A stretch of DNA of 64,000 bases from positions 1 to 64,000 of the IMG/VR virus record IMGVR_UViG_3300018476_000013. One strand, given 5' to 3'. Position 1 is the stretch's first letter; every line of letters starts with the position of its first letter. Below, in pieces: positions 53,101 through 61,386 of this stretch. Under the pieces are notes generated by a model. That model was not told the DNA's origin and did no database searches. It saw nothing but the letters and a program-made list of their open reading frames with translations. A program made the translations under genes and the position numbers. The DNA is from a virus.

Positions 53101-55474
53101 GTGGACCACGAGCGCCTCTATTTATGATACCTGGACAACCATCAGCCAATCCTACACCAAGGGATTGGTGCCGAGCGATGCTACGATAACTGCCCCTGGT
53201 GGTTTCGTAGAATACATTGCGACCGGCGCACTTGTTAATGACCCCGCTGTTATCGAGTCGATTGGTTCTGTCATTGATGGTCCCGCGCATGGCACGGGCG
53301 TACTGGTCAATCTCGGGATAGCCAATGTCGTTGGCGTTGCTATTTCGGGTTCAGTTGGTGCGCCTAACCTGCAGCCATCCAACTCGGTTGCATCAGGCGC
53401 GGGTGTCACCAAGGTTGATGGCAGTGCCGTACTGACTTCATCGAATGCCGCTGTTAATTCAGTTGGTCTTGTCCGCGATATCATCAAGGGTCCTGGTGTT
53501 CTAGCCGCTGGTGCTTCGGCGCTGACAGCATTGGGCACGGCCATGACGCCCGCCAAGGGCGATGGCGTTCTTGTTGTTACGGCACTTGCTGTTGTTCAAG
53601 GTAACGGCATTGTCGAATGGAATGTCACCGGCACGGGTGCACTGACTAACACCGATCCTTCGGTTTTGATTGCCCAGGGTAAATCAGAAACCAGGGGCAC
53701 TGGTGCTCTCACATCGACATCAACGATTGTTGGTGGTGGTTTCATTCGATGGATTGTCACCGGTGCTCTAGTTCAGAGCCGGCCAACTATTACTGCTCCT
53801 GGCGTATCGCGTTCGATTGGTTCTGGCGCATTCGTTGTTTCTAATACAGCCGCCGTCAGTGGTCTTGGTTCGGTATTCTCTGGCGTCAGTGGCATCGGCA
53901 CGCTGACATCGTTTGCCACACTGTCTGCGATAGGTCGCTCAGAGTCGAAGGGTGTTAGTGTTCTGACATCTTCGGCGGTATCTGTGACGGGTGTCTCCAC
54001 TTCCCTCTCATCCGGCGCTGCTGTTTTAACTGATCTGCCATCTGTCCTTGCGGCATCCGGCAAATCGATATTCGCAGCTACTGGTTCGTTGGCTGATCAA
54101 CCAGCCAGCATCAGTGGTGTTGGTTCTGCAAGATGGTTGGCGTCGGGCACATTGCCCGCACCTGCCGCGACATTGACGGCCTTGGGTGCTTCGAGGTGGT
54201 CGGGCATCGGTATACTGACCCCGGCTTTGGCTGCGGTAACGGGCTCTGGTATTGGGCAGGCCATCGGTGCTGGTGTTTTGCCAGCAGCCCCCTCTACAAT
54301 CGTAAGCTTCGAGGGTGTTACCGTCATCTCTGGTACAGGCACTTTGCAAGTTGGTGCCTCGGCTGTCACTGGTTCTGCTTATTCAATCTGGAGGGGGACA
54401 GGTTCTCTAATCAGTACAGCCAGCATCCTGGCGGGTGTGGGTGGATCTATCTGGAGGATGTCCGGGGCACTGGTCCCGGCTCCGGCAGTGGTGGCGGCCA
54501 CCGGTATTGGCGCCGTTCAGGGCACTGCCCCATTGTTGGCGGCTCGGTCTACGGTCTACGGTTACGAAGGCGTCAGCGTAATAACGGGCACGGGTGCCCT
54601 ACAATCCCAGTCCTATCTGGCTACGGGCCTTGGCTTTAGCCGCACCAGCGGGGCCGGCACGTTGACTGAGGCCCCATTCGGGGTGGTGGGTGAGGGGCTG
54701 ATCCAATCCACCGGCGCTGGCGTGCTGCTGGATGTCCAATCGGCCCTGAGTGGAACCGGTCTATCAGCCACTGGGGGCTCGGGTGTCCTGGGTTCCACGG
54801 CCACGGTCAGTGGTTCTGGCCAGGCCCAGTGGCTCGGATCTGGCGTTCTAACCTCGGATATTGCTGGGCTGGTCGCGGCAGCCGTTTCCGGTTCTCGGGG
54901 TGTGGCTCCCCTGGGTGTTGGTCTCTCGACCCTATCTGCCATTGGTCAAAGCGATGTCAAGGGCACGGCGGCACTAACATCCTCTTCGGCCATCATGATT
55001 GGCTTTGCCAATCTGGTCTCTTCCGGCGCTGGTGTGCTGGTCGCTGAAGATCATGTCGTAGAGGGTTCTGGTCTTCAGTTCGCCAGTGGTTGGGGTCAAC
55101 TATATTCTTATCGGTTTGAAATCGAGGGCCTTGGTCAGACCTGGAATACTGGTGTCGGAAATCTGATCAGCCATTACCCGGCATTGATGCTGGGCCGTGG
55201 TGCTGTTTCATCGAATGCGATTGGTGTTCTGCAAGCCGGGACTGCAAAGATCGTCGGTGGCAGTATCCAGACCACTGGCCTTGGTGTTCTGCTTGCTCAA
55301 CGGAGCACCATCCATGGTGTCGGTTATGTTGAAACGATCACTCCGCCTGTAGAAGGCGAATGGGTTCCTACACCATTGCCACCCAGCTACCATGGTGTTG
55401 CGTCATGGGGTGGTGCATCTATGGTTAGGCCCTGGGTCAATCCCGGCATCCAGCCGTGGCGTAGGGTAGGATAA
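47150..55474 (+). CDS. Giant modular fibre/adhesin (2774 aa) with SPRY-like, head-spike-like and jelly-roll modules on a Gly/Ala/Ser/Thr repeat backbone
   Basis: 3x RTN..S....APD.T.TA...GW.RCS...WGAQ.E...TAYIPT modules; 2x DAWN..LSN.DKT SPRY-like modules; GTGAL repeats. Confidence 0.8.
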   Translation: MPLPVTITGISTAVAPVGPFAVAPKMGPLVISTALGNLITSMGSSANGTERVGQVFTVGENGGSLASAQLFLQKVGAPTDNIVVNVYKADAAGLIPTGASLATASVLASTVVNGSWITFTFATPLALTANTKYVLTAQRSGAINTSNYVSWYGGADTYPGGYYCVYYSTTGKWTTETPYFNGHCMLLQLFDAGVGTSTLITTTVATALTPFGNAARPQVGQTFTTTGDLSITKIGFRLRRTSGNTTDQIAVDIYATDAGGLPTGPSLGRAAGPTKWISTSRSDEYSFWFDAPIALVAGKYAAVLSRTGSTDEANYFNLLGASTDVYAGGSLVSFNGTSWSATASSDGALKITYLTVPTYYLFGFNDIGGSDGRRLVTLKADDPSSEWTLINSLPTIGNTPIYQMAGYQVGGVFHILLSQSGSPTINDVRYCKWDSATDSWAVNNETVVANVSMTGTTFAQSNGVSLVVRSTGDVVAFYNGASSNTSGKPYCRLYYRIRSNAGTWGTAVRVDANTAFDNTSPEAVLGASDIVHFLWAISSSMQHRALSAANALQTASTYSITSWAPEQAISYSSAGVTKVVAVSTNAANRNTAVRFDSGLTPTLAGTSTGNNANARTPSRIFNNGETLHVLELLTTASDLNITSSTDHGATWSAHMVAFAGTVATSSTNLSKDATIYQRDNNFVIPYLVNDNGIWKYNEYDVTPPTVDAWNRADKSANITLSNADKTAIVSATGASGVHSTQTQMSATAGKYYAELKVEAVGGQLGMQMTATDETNAGFANSYYVGTDGRIWSSTQVVGTVGSALVAGDVVCLATDFGAKLYWFKKNNDFWNNSATADPATGVGGLASYGSAFPFSLWFGGGAIGSGATIRTELADLTLQGPAGFTTWMGEVIPLPSIADAWNVNDVGVDVSQNLSNGDKTVTATGAGTGAARSTQKRVNGQAGLYYAECRVDQPYLRFGLKLVTSAIASQTADALYVSDQGLVLFNGVTQINLGRQPIAGDVISIAWDSGAEKFWARINALPWNNNVAADPATGANGLDASVAIAGDWALWFQSGVASSAGTIRTEKDEFTQSTPAGFLSWMGETLVIPDMGTLVSGAASITGVGDVTWAGTGNLAPQPSTVIGLAASRSTGTGALVAVGYTRTNLLARSQEFDMWAAENALRTGNTTTAPDSTLTADTLSDGVATGTHYLYQQNLPATSGANYTFSVYLKAGTLNWAQVMLITPNVRWANFDLSTGTLGQKESAAVTASRTYVSDGWWRCSVTATLQAGTNYIGGFIALKQADVVFSQQHTGTGATFYAWGAQLERGDVATAYIPTTTAAVTISETLIGTGTVSWNATGALKSGESRTNYLVQSQALAFYPPWNTLRLVVTDNVVAAPDATMTAEKLADTAVNDSHYLMQYVDTVAETYTYSFFFKNNDHTGWVQLSSGGGWANFNIATGVTGLKVGVTSAIEPLADGWYRCSITGAMPGGSSINFNIYLMLADVSSRLYLGSGKSIYAWGGQIERTPAPTAYIPTTTAPVTIGNSPLLTGAGVVTTPPAYGTGALTTSIAGLAGLGISSSVGTAPLVAAGKTRINHFLYSQQFDIGTWTKAASVITAENAIAPDNTLTADLLTDTVASANHYMMQSGVGFTAPIGTNTYSIYIKSKTLTWIQLRVSDIDTFWVNFNIVTGAKGLDSANGLTTIITPVGNGWYRCSVTFPHPQTNWNANCFVIMQVADEPISNFVGTGLSAWLWGAQFELGGQVTAYIPTINSVVSVTDVLTGVGLIDNTGTGVLVVTQPATLSGEGGIQWNATGVLASHPATVVGVGKAVDPPTTGTGALISLGIAAVAGTGTSASIGGSIANDLVIYGGTKNQYTWGRTSVSGIGQVFIATGPVITQVTPYIGKVLTPTDSVVVKLYTSAGGLPGTLLGTSDPILGSDLPNSNSLPVTFTFPTPIPVQNGTSYVVTFTRTGAFDANGYYLNGYVSSSIYAGGGMITMSSGSWTTSASIYDTWTTISQSYTKGLVPSDATITAPGGFVEYIATGALVNDPAVIESIGSVIDGPAHGTGVLVNLGIANVVGVAISGSVGAPNLQPSNSVASGAGVTKVDGSAVLTSSNAAVNSVGLVRDIIKGPGVLAAGASALTALGTAMTPAKGDGVLVVTALAVVQGNGIVEWNVTGTGALTNTDPSVLIAQGKSETRGTGALTSTSTIVGGGFIRWIVTGALVQSRPTITAPGVSRSIGSGAFVVSNTAAVSGLGSVFSGVSGIGTLTSFATLSAIGRSESKGVSVLTSSAVSVTGVSTSLSSGAAVLTDLPSVLAASGKSIFAATGSLADQPASISGVGSARWLASGTLPAPAATLTALGASRWSGIGILTPALAAVTGSGIGQAIGAGVLPAAPSTIVSFEGVTVISGTGTLQVGASAVTGSAYSIWRGTGSLISTASILAGVGGSIWRMSGALVPAPAVVAATGIGAVQGTAPLLAARSTVYGYEGVSVITGTGALQSQSYLATGLGFSRTSGAGTLTEAPFGVVGEGLIQSTGAGVLLDVQSALSGTGLSATGGSGVLGSTATVSGSGQAQWLGSGVLTSDIAGLVAAAVSGSRGVAPLGVGLSTLSAIGQSDVKGTAALTSSSAIMIGFANLVSSGAGVLVAEDHVVEGSGLQFASGWGQLYSYRFEIEGLGQTWNTGVGNLISHYPALMLGRGAVSSNAIGVLQAGTAKIVGGSIQTTGLGVLLAQRSTIHGVGYVETITPPVEGEWVPTPLPPSYHGVASWGGASMVRPWVNPGIQPWRRVG

Positions 55475-55482
55475 TTGGATGC

Positions 55483-56907
55483 ATGGCAAAATCAAAAGCC
55501 AAGATGCGCGGTTATGTTGTTCTGCAGGAACCGCCTCCTGTTGAAGCATCCGATCCACTCGTGTGGATGGTTAATCGGCTGCGGACTGATGAAGAAAACC
55601 AACCACTGCAGGAAGGGATCTTTAGTAATTATAATGACGACATCGTTCTGGAAACGAACAGCAATACGCTTGTCGGTCGATATGATCCCGCGCGCGGACC
55701 CGCGCAAAGCCTGATCATCGGCGATGGCCTTCGGGTTGAAGATGGCACGTTGATCGGCGAAGGTGGTGGCGAGAAGGGTGATCCCGGTCCGCCAGGTCCT
55801 GTCGGCCCTGTTGGTCCCGCAGGTCCTGCTGGTGCGTCTTCGTCGATGTGGCTCTATCGTTTCGACAGCGCCACCTCTGCAATGGACCCTGGTGCTGGTC
55901 GGTTACGCTACAACCATGCTGATCCAACACAGGCAACGAGGATTTATTTTGACCGGCTGACGCAGGATGGTCTTGATCCGACCATCGCATTTACGACAGC
56001 GACATTCGACGACGAGTTCGTTATTCAACGGCGCGGACTATCGGCTCAGTACCAGACATGGAAAATGTTGGCGCCGGCGATTGATCGAACTGACTGGTTC
56101 GAGGTGTGGGTTCAGTTCGTCGATCAGACTGGTGCTCCTTTTTCTAACAATATGGAAATCACGACTATCCTGCGCACGCGGGGTCAGCGTGGTCCGGTTG
56201 GTCCGCAAGGCCCGCAGGGTATTCAAGGCGTTAAAGGAGACAAAGGCGATACCGGTCCGCAAGGTCCTGTTGGCGGCATGGGTCCGGTTGGTCCGCAAGG
56301 TCGCACTGGCGATACGGGACCACAAGGGCAGCAAGGTATTGTCGGACCGAAAGGCGACAAAGGAGATACGGGTTCTCAGGGCATCCAGGGTCTTAAGGGT
56401 GATCAGGGCATTCAAGGTACCAAAGGCGACAAGGGCGACAAAGGAGATAAGGGTGATACGGGCGACACCGGACCACAAGGACCCATCGGCGAAGGCTTGC
56501 TTGAAGAAGCACCTGCTGATGGAAAATATTACGCCCGCAAAGATCGAACGTGGGCTGAGTTCGAAGCCGGCGCCAATGTTGTCATCTCTGATGATCCGCC
56601 ACCTGATCCGAAAACTGGAGACCTTTGGTGGGACTCGACCGTTGGTGTCACGTTCATCTATTTCAATGATGGGACATCAAGCCAGTGGGTGGTCGCCATT
56701 CCCATGTCGCCAGCAGGTCCGATTGGACCGCAAGGCGTTAAAGGTGACCAGGGCATTCAAGGTGTTAAGGGCGACCAGGGCATTCAGGGTATGCAAGGGC
56801 CGCAGGGTGTTCAAGGTCCTCCTGGGCAATGGACACAGATCACACAGGCTGCATACAATGCACTAGCGCCGCCTGATCCAACAATGCTGTATGTGATCAT
56901 CGGATGA
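55483..56907 (+). CDS. Collagen-like fibre protein
   Basis: Long Gly-X-Y tracts (GPQ/GDK). Confidence 0.85.
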   Translation: MAKSKAKMRGYVVLQEPPPVEASDPLVWMVNRLRTDEENQPLQEGIFSNYNDDIVLETNSNTLVGRYDPARGPAQSLIIGDGLRVEDGTLIGEGGGEKGDPGPPGPVGPVGPAGPAGASSSMWLYRFDSATSAMDPGAGRLRYNHADPTQATRIYFDRLTQDGLDPTIAFTTATFDDEFVIQRRGLSAQYQTWKMLAPAIDRTDWFEVWVQFVDQTGAPFSNNMEITTILRTRGQRGPVGPQGPQGIQGVKGDKGDTGPQGPVGGMGPVGPQGRTGDTGPQGQQGIVGPKGDKGDTGSQGIQGLKGDQGIQGTKGDKGDKGDKGDTGDTGPQGPIGEGLLEEAPADGKYYARKDRTWAEFEAGANVVISDDPPPDPKTGDLWWDSTVGVTFIYFNDGTSSQWVVAIPMSPAGPIGPQGVKGDQGIQGVKGDQGIQGMQGPQGVQGPPGQWTQITQAAYNALAPPDPTMLYVIIG

Positions 56908-56914
56908 TCATCGA

Positions 56915-58819
56915 ATGGTAGAAATAAATGCAGCGGATAAGATCGTTCTCGGTGGCGCACAAGCCAGCGCGGTCTTCCTTGGCTCGACCAAGGTATGGCC
57001 GCTATTCACTCCAAAGAAAATCAGCGGCTGCGTAATCTGGCTGGATGCTTCAAGGATTTATTTGGCGGATGGCGCAGTAGTAAATACTTGGACTAATCTC
57101 GGCAGTGGTCCCCAACCCACGATCACCAATACACCAGCTCCGACGTTTCGTAAGTTCGCGTTGAATGGTCTGCCGGTAGTGAGGATCACGAAAGACCAAG
57201 GTTGTTTGCGGATTACGGGCACGGGCATCACTAAGGACTGGACGACCATTTATGTTGCACGGCGTTGGCGCAATACACCAGGCCGTGTCGTCACAGCGAT
57301 GGCTGGCACCAACCAGAACATATTGATCGGTTTCTGGGATCAGTACATGGATTGCGCCTTCAGTGAAGGTTGGTACGGTACTGATCCAGTGAGTGGTGGT
57401 AGTGCTACAACATGGAAGCTGTATTCGGCGGATAGTGCTACACCAACACTAGCACCTCGTTTGTTTTCTAATGGCGTGTTGTTAAGCACACATCCAACAC
57501 CACCATCTACTGCAACATGGGCTGGCACTTTTAACATCAGCGGTTCAGGTCCAACTGAATATGCTGATTGTGAGATTGCTGAAGTGGTGCAGTATAATCG
57601 CAAGCTATCCGATGCTGAACGCCAACAGGTCGAAGGTTATTTACGCACTAAGTGGAACCCGCCGCCGTTCCAGTTGACTGACCTTGGCGCAAATTTGGTT
57701 GGGTGGTTCGATGGTGCAGATGCTGCCACACTGCAACTTGCCGGCAGTGGTGTGAACCAATGGACAAACAAAGGCGTCGGCGGACTGACACTGATACAAA
57801 GCAATGATGCTTACAGGCCGACCTACGCTAACCAGACAATCACGATACCAAATTCGAAATCCTTTGTGGCTGCTAATGCGCCCTCGAGTTTTGATATTGT
57901 GTGGCTTGGCAAACCAAGACTACCTGTTGATGGTAATGACTGGCGGACACTCTTACGCGGCACCACTTCATCGCATCATGTGATCCTTGAGAACACTAGC
58001 TTGCGGTTGGGTACTTACAATGCTGGTTACTTCGCAGCGGTAGGTGCTAAGGTTAGTCCAAGCAACATGACATCGGACAACGTACCGTCGCCGTACGTTG
58101 CTTCTCAATCAGAAACCTATGCCGGTTACCCGGCATATTTATCATTCGACGGAAACATCCTTTCGCATTCACATAGTGCCGTGCCGGTACTGACACGGCC
58201 TTACTGGATCAAGATTGACCTTGGCTCCTCTCGCTTTGTCAGTCAGTATAATTATCAGGCCCGTGATACGAGTGGCGGTGGCACCGTTCCTTATCAACAA
58301 TGGAAGAGTTGGACGTTTGAAGGATCGAATGATAACTCGACCTGGACTTTGGTCGATACTGTTTCGAACGTGCCAGATTTCACACTGAGTGAGAAACGAA
58401 CATATCCGCTCGATGTGCCAGCCAGTTTTCGTTACTGGAGATGGACCGTCACACTGGCCACTGGTTTTTCTGAACCATATGCAGCTTCGGCAGAACTTGA
58501 GCTCCATGAAGGCCTGACATGGGGGAATGTTTGGGGGATTGGCGCAGGGTCCTTTGGTGCAAGCCCTGTTACGTTGTCCCGTGATGGTGGGGCCATGACT
58601 AACACCAACACAACACTGACCCCTGCCGATGTGCCGTTCATTTCCTTTGGTGCTTATCAAAGCACGCCACCGAGTCAGGGTTGGGGTGATTTGAAAGAGG
58701 TCGTTCTTCTGTCGTACAATTCGATGGCCATCAGAACGGTTGAAGGCTACCTCGCTCATAAATGGGGATACGCTAGTTTGCTTCCAGCCAATCATCTCTA
58801 CAAGAGCACGCCGCCATGA
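56915..58819 (+). CDS. LamG-like / discoidin (F5/8C) carbohydrate-binding virion protein
   Basis: IWLDAS..., IAEVVQYNRKLSDAERQQVEGYL; WIKIDLG, WTFEGSND, FRYWRW. Confidence 0.7.
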   Translation: MVEINAADKIVLGGAQASAVFLGSTKVWPLFTPKKISGCVIWLDASRIYLADGAVVNTWTNLGSGPQPTITNTPAPTFRKFALNGLPVVRITKDQGCLRITGTGITKDWTTIYVARRWRNTPGRVVTAMAGTNQNILIGFWDQYMDCAFSEGWYGTDPVSGGSATTWKLYSADSATPTLAPRLFSNGVLLSTHPTPPSTATWAGTFNISGSGPTEYADCEIAEVVQYNRKLSDAERQQVEGYLRTKWNPPPFQLTDLGANLVGWFDGADAATLQLAGSGVNQWTNKGVGGLTLIQSNDAYRPTYANQTITIPNSKSFVAANAPSSFDIVWLGKPRLPVDGNDWRTLLRGTTSSHHVILENTSLRLGTYNAGYFAAVGAKVSPSNMTSDNVPSPYVASQSETYAGYPAYLSFDGNILSHSHSAVPVLTRPYWIKIDLGSSRFVSQYNYQARDTSGGGTVPYQQWKSWTFEGSNDNSTWTLVDTVSNVPDFTLSEKRTYPLDVPASFRYWRWTVTLATGFSEPYAASAELELHEGLTWGNVWGIGAGSFGASPVTLSRDGGAMTNTNTTLTPADVPFISFGAYQSTPPSQGWGDLKEVVLLSYNSMAIRTVEGYLAHKWGYASLLPANHLYKSTPP

Positions 58820-59940
58820 TGAATTTTCCTGAAGCACCGACCATCGGTCAGCAATACCCAGCAGCACCAGCGCCACCCAATTACATCTGGGATGGCGAGA
58901 AATGGGGTCCGCCTGGTTATGCTCATGTTCATGTCGAGCGGGCGGGCGATACGATGTCAGGTCCCCTGGTGTTGCCAGCGGCACCGGCACCCGTCGCAGC
59001 CAATGCGGTACGCAAGGATTATGTGGACGCTGCAATAGCCGGAATTCCGACACCAGATCTTTCGAGCAAGGTATCGAAGACCGGTGATACCATGACCGGT
59101 AGACTAACTATCAATTCTGGTGGGTTGATCATCTCTGCTGGTGGATACAACGTTAACGGAAATAGCCGCATCCAACCGGCAGCAAACGGTGATGCCTTAA
59201 TTGTTACTGATACCACGGGGACCAGGTATTTTGTTTTCACTCCCGAGTCTGCTGCAAACACTGCTACGTTTGGATATTATGCAGGTGGAGCAGGTTGGGG
59301 CTCTTTATCCCTCCAGGGTACTTGGAATTTTGGTAACGTAAATTTCACTGGTGCTGTTAATTCCAGCAACAAGATAACAGCACCCAACAGCGGTTATCTA
59401 GGCGCCGCAGGTGCTTCGAGTGCACTCGAAATCGGGAGTGGTGACGGCGGGGACTGGGCTTCGATAGCTTACCACATTCACGGCAAGTTCGGTTGCAATG
59501 TTGGCATGAACGCGAACGGCCATATGTACATGGGTGGTTGGTCGCACGGCACAAGTACTTGGTACAAGTTCTGGACGACACGAGATTTCAATTACACGCC
59601 GCAACCCAATCTTGGTTTCACGCCAGTGCAACAGAGCGGCGGATCATACCAAGCCGGCAATAAAATCTATATCGGTTGGGATGGTGGCAGCCTTCGCGCA
59701 CAAGTTGATGGCAGCGATCTGGGCAGGTTTATTTTTGAAGCCCGTGCAGTGGTCGATGGCCGACTGGTTCACGCCGGCGATCCCGGTGTTCCTTACAATG
59801 GGATGTGGGAGCCTTATAGTGGCGCGGTCTTCACTGGTGCAGGTGGTTCGGCTCCTGTAGGATATTACGTCATTCAGACTTTCCGTTGCCGCTATATGCA
59901 ACTTTGTAATTCTGGTTGGTGGACGATTGGCTATGCCTAA
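58816..59940 (+). CDS. Tail-fibre-like protein
   Basis: GDTMSGPL/GDTMTG repeats; LGFTPVQQ..NKIYIGW.G..LRAQVD. Confidence 0.75.
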   Translation: MMNFPEAPTIGQQYPAAPAPPNYIWDGEKWGPPGYAHVHVERAGDTMSGPLVLPAAPAPVAANAVRKDYVDAAIAGIPTPDLSSKVSKTGDTMTGRLTINSGGLIISAGGYNVNGNSRIQPAANGDALIVTDTTGTRYFVFTPESAANTATFGYYAGGAGWGSLSLQGTWNFGNVNFTGAVNSSNKITAPNSGYLGAAGASSALEIGSGDGGDWASIAYHIHGKFGCNVGMNANGHMYMGGWSHGTSTWYKFWTTRDFNYTPQPNLGFTPVQQSGGSYQAGNKIYIGWDGGSLRAQVDGSDLGRFIFEARAVVDGRLVHAGDPGVPYNGMWEPYSGAVFTGAGGSAPVGYYVIQTFRCRYMQLCNSGWWTIGYA

Positions 59941-60439
59941 TATTATCGATCACGGCACATGGGTCACTTACAAACCAGAGCGGTTACCAAGTAATGCGCC
60001 GCCAAATACGTTGTTCGCGCGGCGCGAAAGTGACGGCATGGACTGGTATGTCTATCTTCATTCAGGAAAGAATTTCAAGAAGGATACGGTCAAGCATGTG
60101 CTTGATACGAAAAGCGATGGCACAGTTGTAATCCGAGTATCGCATGTGGAAGCTGATCGGATCTTCCCCGCGGATTGTCGTCTCATTGAAATTGTAGATG
60201 TGATCCGTAAACAAGATGAGACTAATTTGATCGATGAATTTTGCAACAAGGAAATCGATCTTATTAGTGGACGCGTCGGAAAACTCTGGCAAGATCCGGA
60301 TCTTCCGAAAGCACTCAACGTGCAGATGCTTCTAGAAGATATCGTAACCCGATTAGGAAACCTGGAAAGGAAAGTTAATGGATCAAGCACAGCAGTTAAG
60401 CCAAAAGGTGGAAAAAGAAGTAAGGCAGTTGATCGGTGA
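59933..60439 (+). CDS. Tail fibre assembly chaperone-like protein
   Basis: HG.W..Y.P....FARRESDG.DWY; follows the fibre gene. Confidence 0.6.
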   Translation: MPNIIDHGTWVTYKPERLPSNAPPNTLFARRESDGMDWYVYLHSGKNFKKDTVKHVLDTKSDGTVVIRVSHVEADRIFPADCRLIEIVDVIRKQDETNLIDEFCNKEIDLISGRVGKLWQDPDLPKALNVQMLLEDIVTRLGNLERKVNGSSTAVKPKGGKRSKAVDR

Positions 60440-60641
60440 TTTGCAGATGCAGATCATTGTTCTTCGTGGCATGATTGAGTTGTCACAGCAGCCAGCACCA
60501 CAGCCTGGTCAGCAGCCAGTGCCTGGACAGCCGCCCCGCAATCCTGAACCACAGCCGGTGCCGGGTCAAGAACCCCTGCCGCCTCCGCCTCAGCCTAATC
60601 CGGCTCCCTCTCACAAGTCAGGTAACGGAAGGGCTGTCTGA
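60378..60641 (+). CDS. Hypothetical Pro-rich protein
   Basis: ORF; N-terminal helix plus PQP repeats. Confidence 0.55.
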   Translation: MDQAQQLSQKVEKEVRQLIGDLQMQIIVLRGMIELSQQPAPQPGQQPVPGQPPRNPEPQPVPGQEPLPPPPQPNPAPSHKSGNGRAV

Positions 60642-61087
60642 TGGCGACAGTTACTGTCAGCGTTAACGCCACTCCCCGGATCTCGCGGGTGGAGATTATT
60701 TCTCCGTACTCGTCGGGTACGGTGAATGGTCACAGTGAAGTGCTGCTGGAAGAACCTGGCGATGGGTCCAATCCGGAATTGGCCAAGTTGCTGAGCACTC
60801 GCAGCGTCTCAAATAAAACCCTGGGCGTAATGCCCGGGGCTCTTATCGCTCGCGGCATCGATGTGGTGTTGGAAGAGTCAGTAGAGGTAGATGGCAAGAC
60901 CATCACCTTTCAGAATGTGATGGATGCCATGGAAGCATTCTTTACTCGGTGGCGAGAAGAAGATGCTAACGCAGTGATACCTGAACCAATGATAGCACCG
61001 GCAGCAATCACTCCGCCGCCGATGCCCGACCGTCCAGCCGAGATGGATGTCAATCCGCCGCCGGAGTTATCTCGACCTCGGGAATGA
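60641..61087 (+). CDS. Hypothetical protein
   Basis: TGATG-coupled. Confidence 0.6.
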   Translation: MATVTVSVNATPRISRVEIISPYSSGTVNGHSEVLLEEPGDGSNPELAKLLSTRSVSNKTLGVMPGALIARGIDVVLEESVEVDGKTITFQNVMDAMEAFFTRWREEDANAVIPEPMIAPAAITPPPMPDRPAEMDVNPPPELSRPRE

Positions 61088-61097
61088 GGATGTGAGT

Positions 61098-61379
61098 ATG
61101 GTCGAGACAGCCAAGTCATGGATAAAAGAAAACAGCACGCTCGTGTATTTTCTAATCGCTCAATTGATTGCGATTGGCGCAGCGGCTGCGAGCATTCTTT
61201 CGTATTCAGTGAGGTTGGAAACTCGAGTCCATATCTTGGAGACGCGTGGTGCTGCGTACAGCGTGAAACGCATGGATGAGATGGATCATAAGATCGCGGT
61301 GCTGGAAGAAAAGATCGCGAATAACGAATTATCCATCAGGCGCGTCGTTGACCAATACCTTAAAGATCAAAGGAAATAG
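61098..61379 (+). CDS. Single-TM coiled-coil protein
   Basis: LVYFLIAQLIAIGAAAASIL followed by a heptad region; GAGG RBS. Confidence 0.6.
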   Translation: MVETAKSWIKENSTLVYFLIAQLIAIGAAAASILSYSVRLETRVHILETRGAAYSVKRMDEMDHKIAVLEEKIANNELSIRRVVDQYLKDQRK

Positions 61380-61386
61380 GAGGGAC

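Noticed and set aside
56180-56830. 9-bp periodic repeats
   Set aside because: Collagen Gly-X-Y coding
47150-59940. Diversity-generating retroelement or shufflon acting on the fibre genes
   Set aside because: No reverse transcriptase, invertase or near-identical template/variable repeat pair seen; the module repeats are diverged at DNA level
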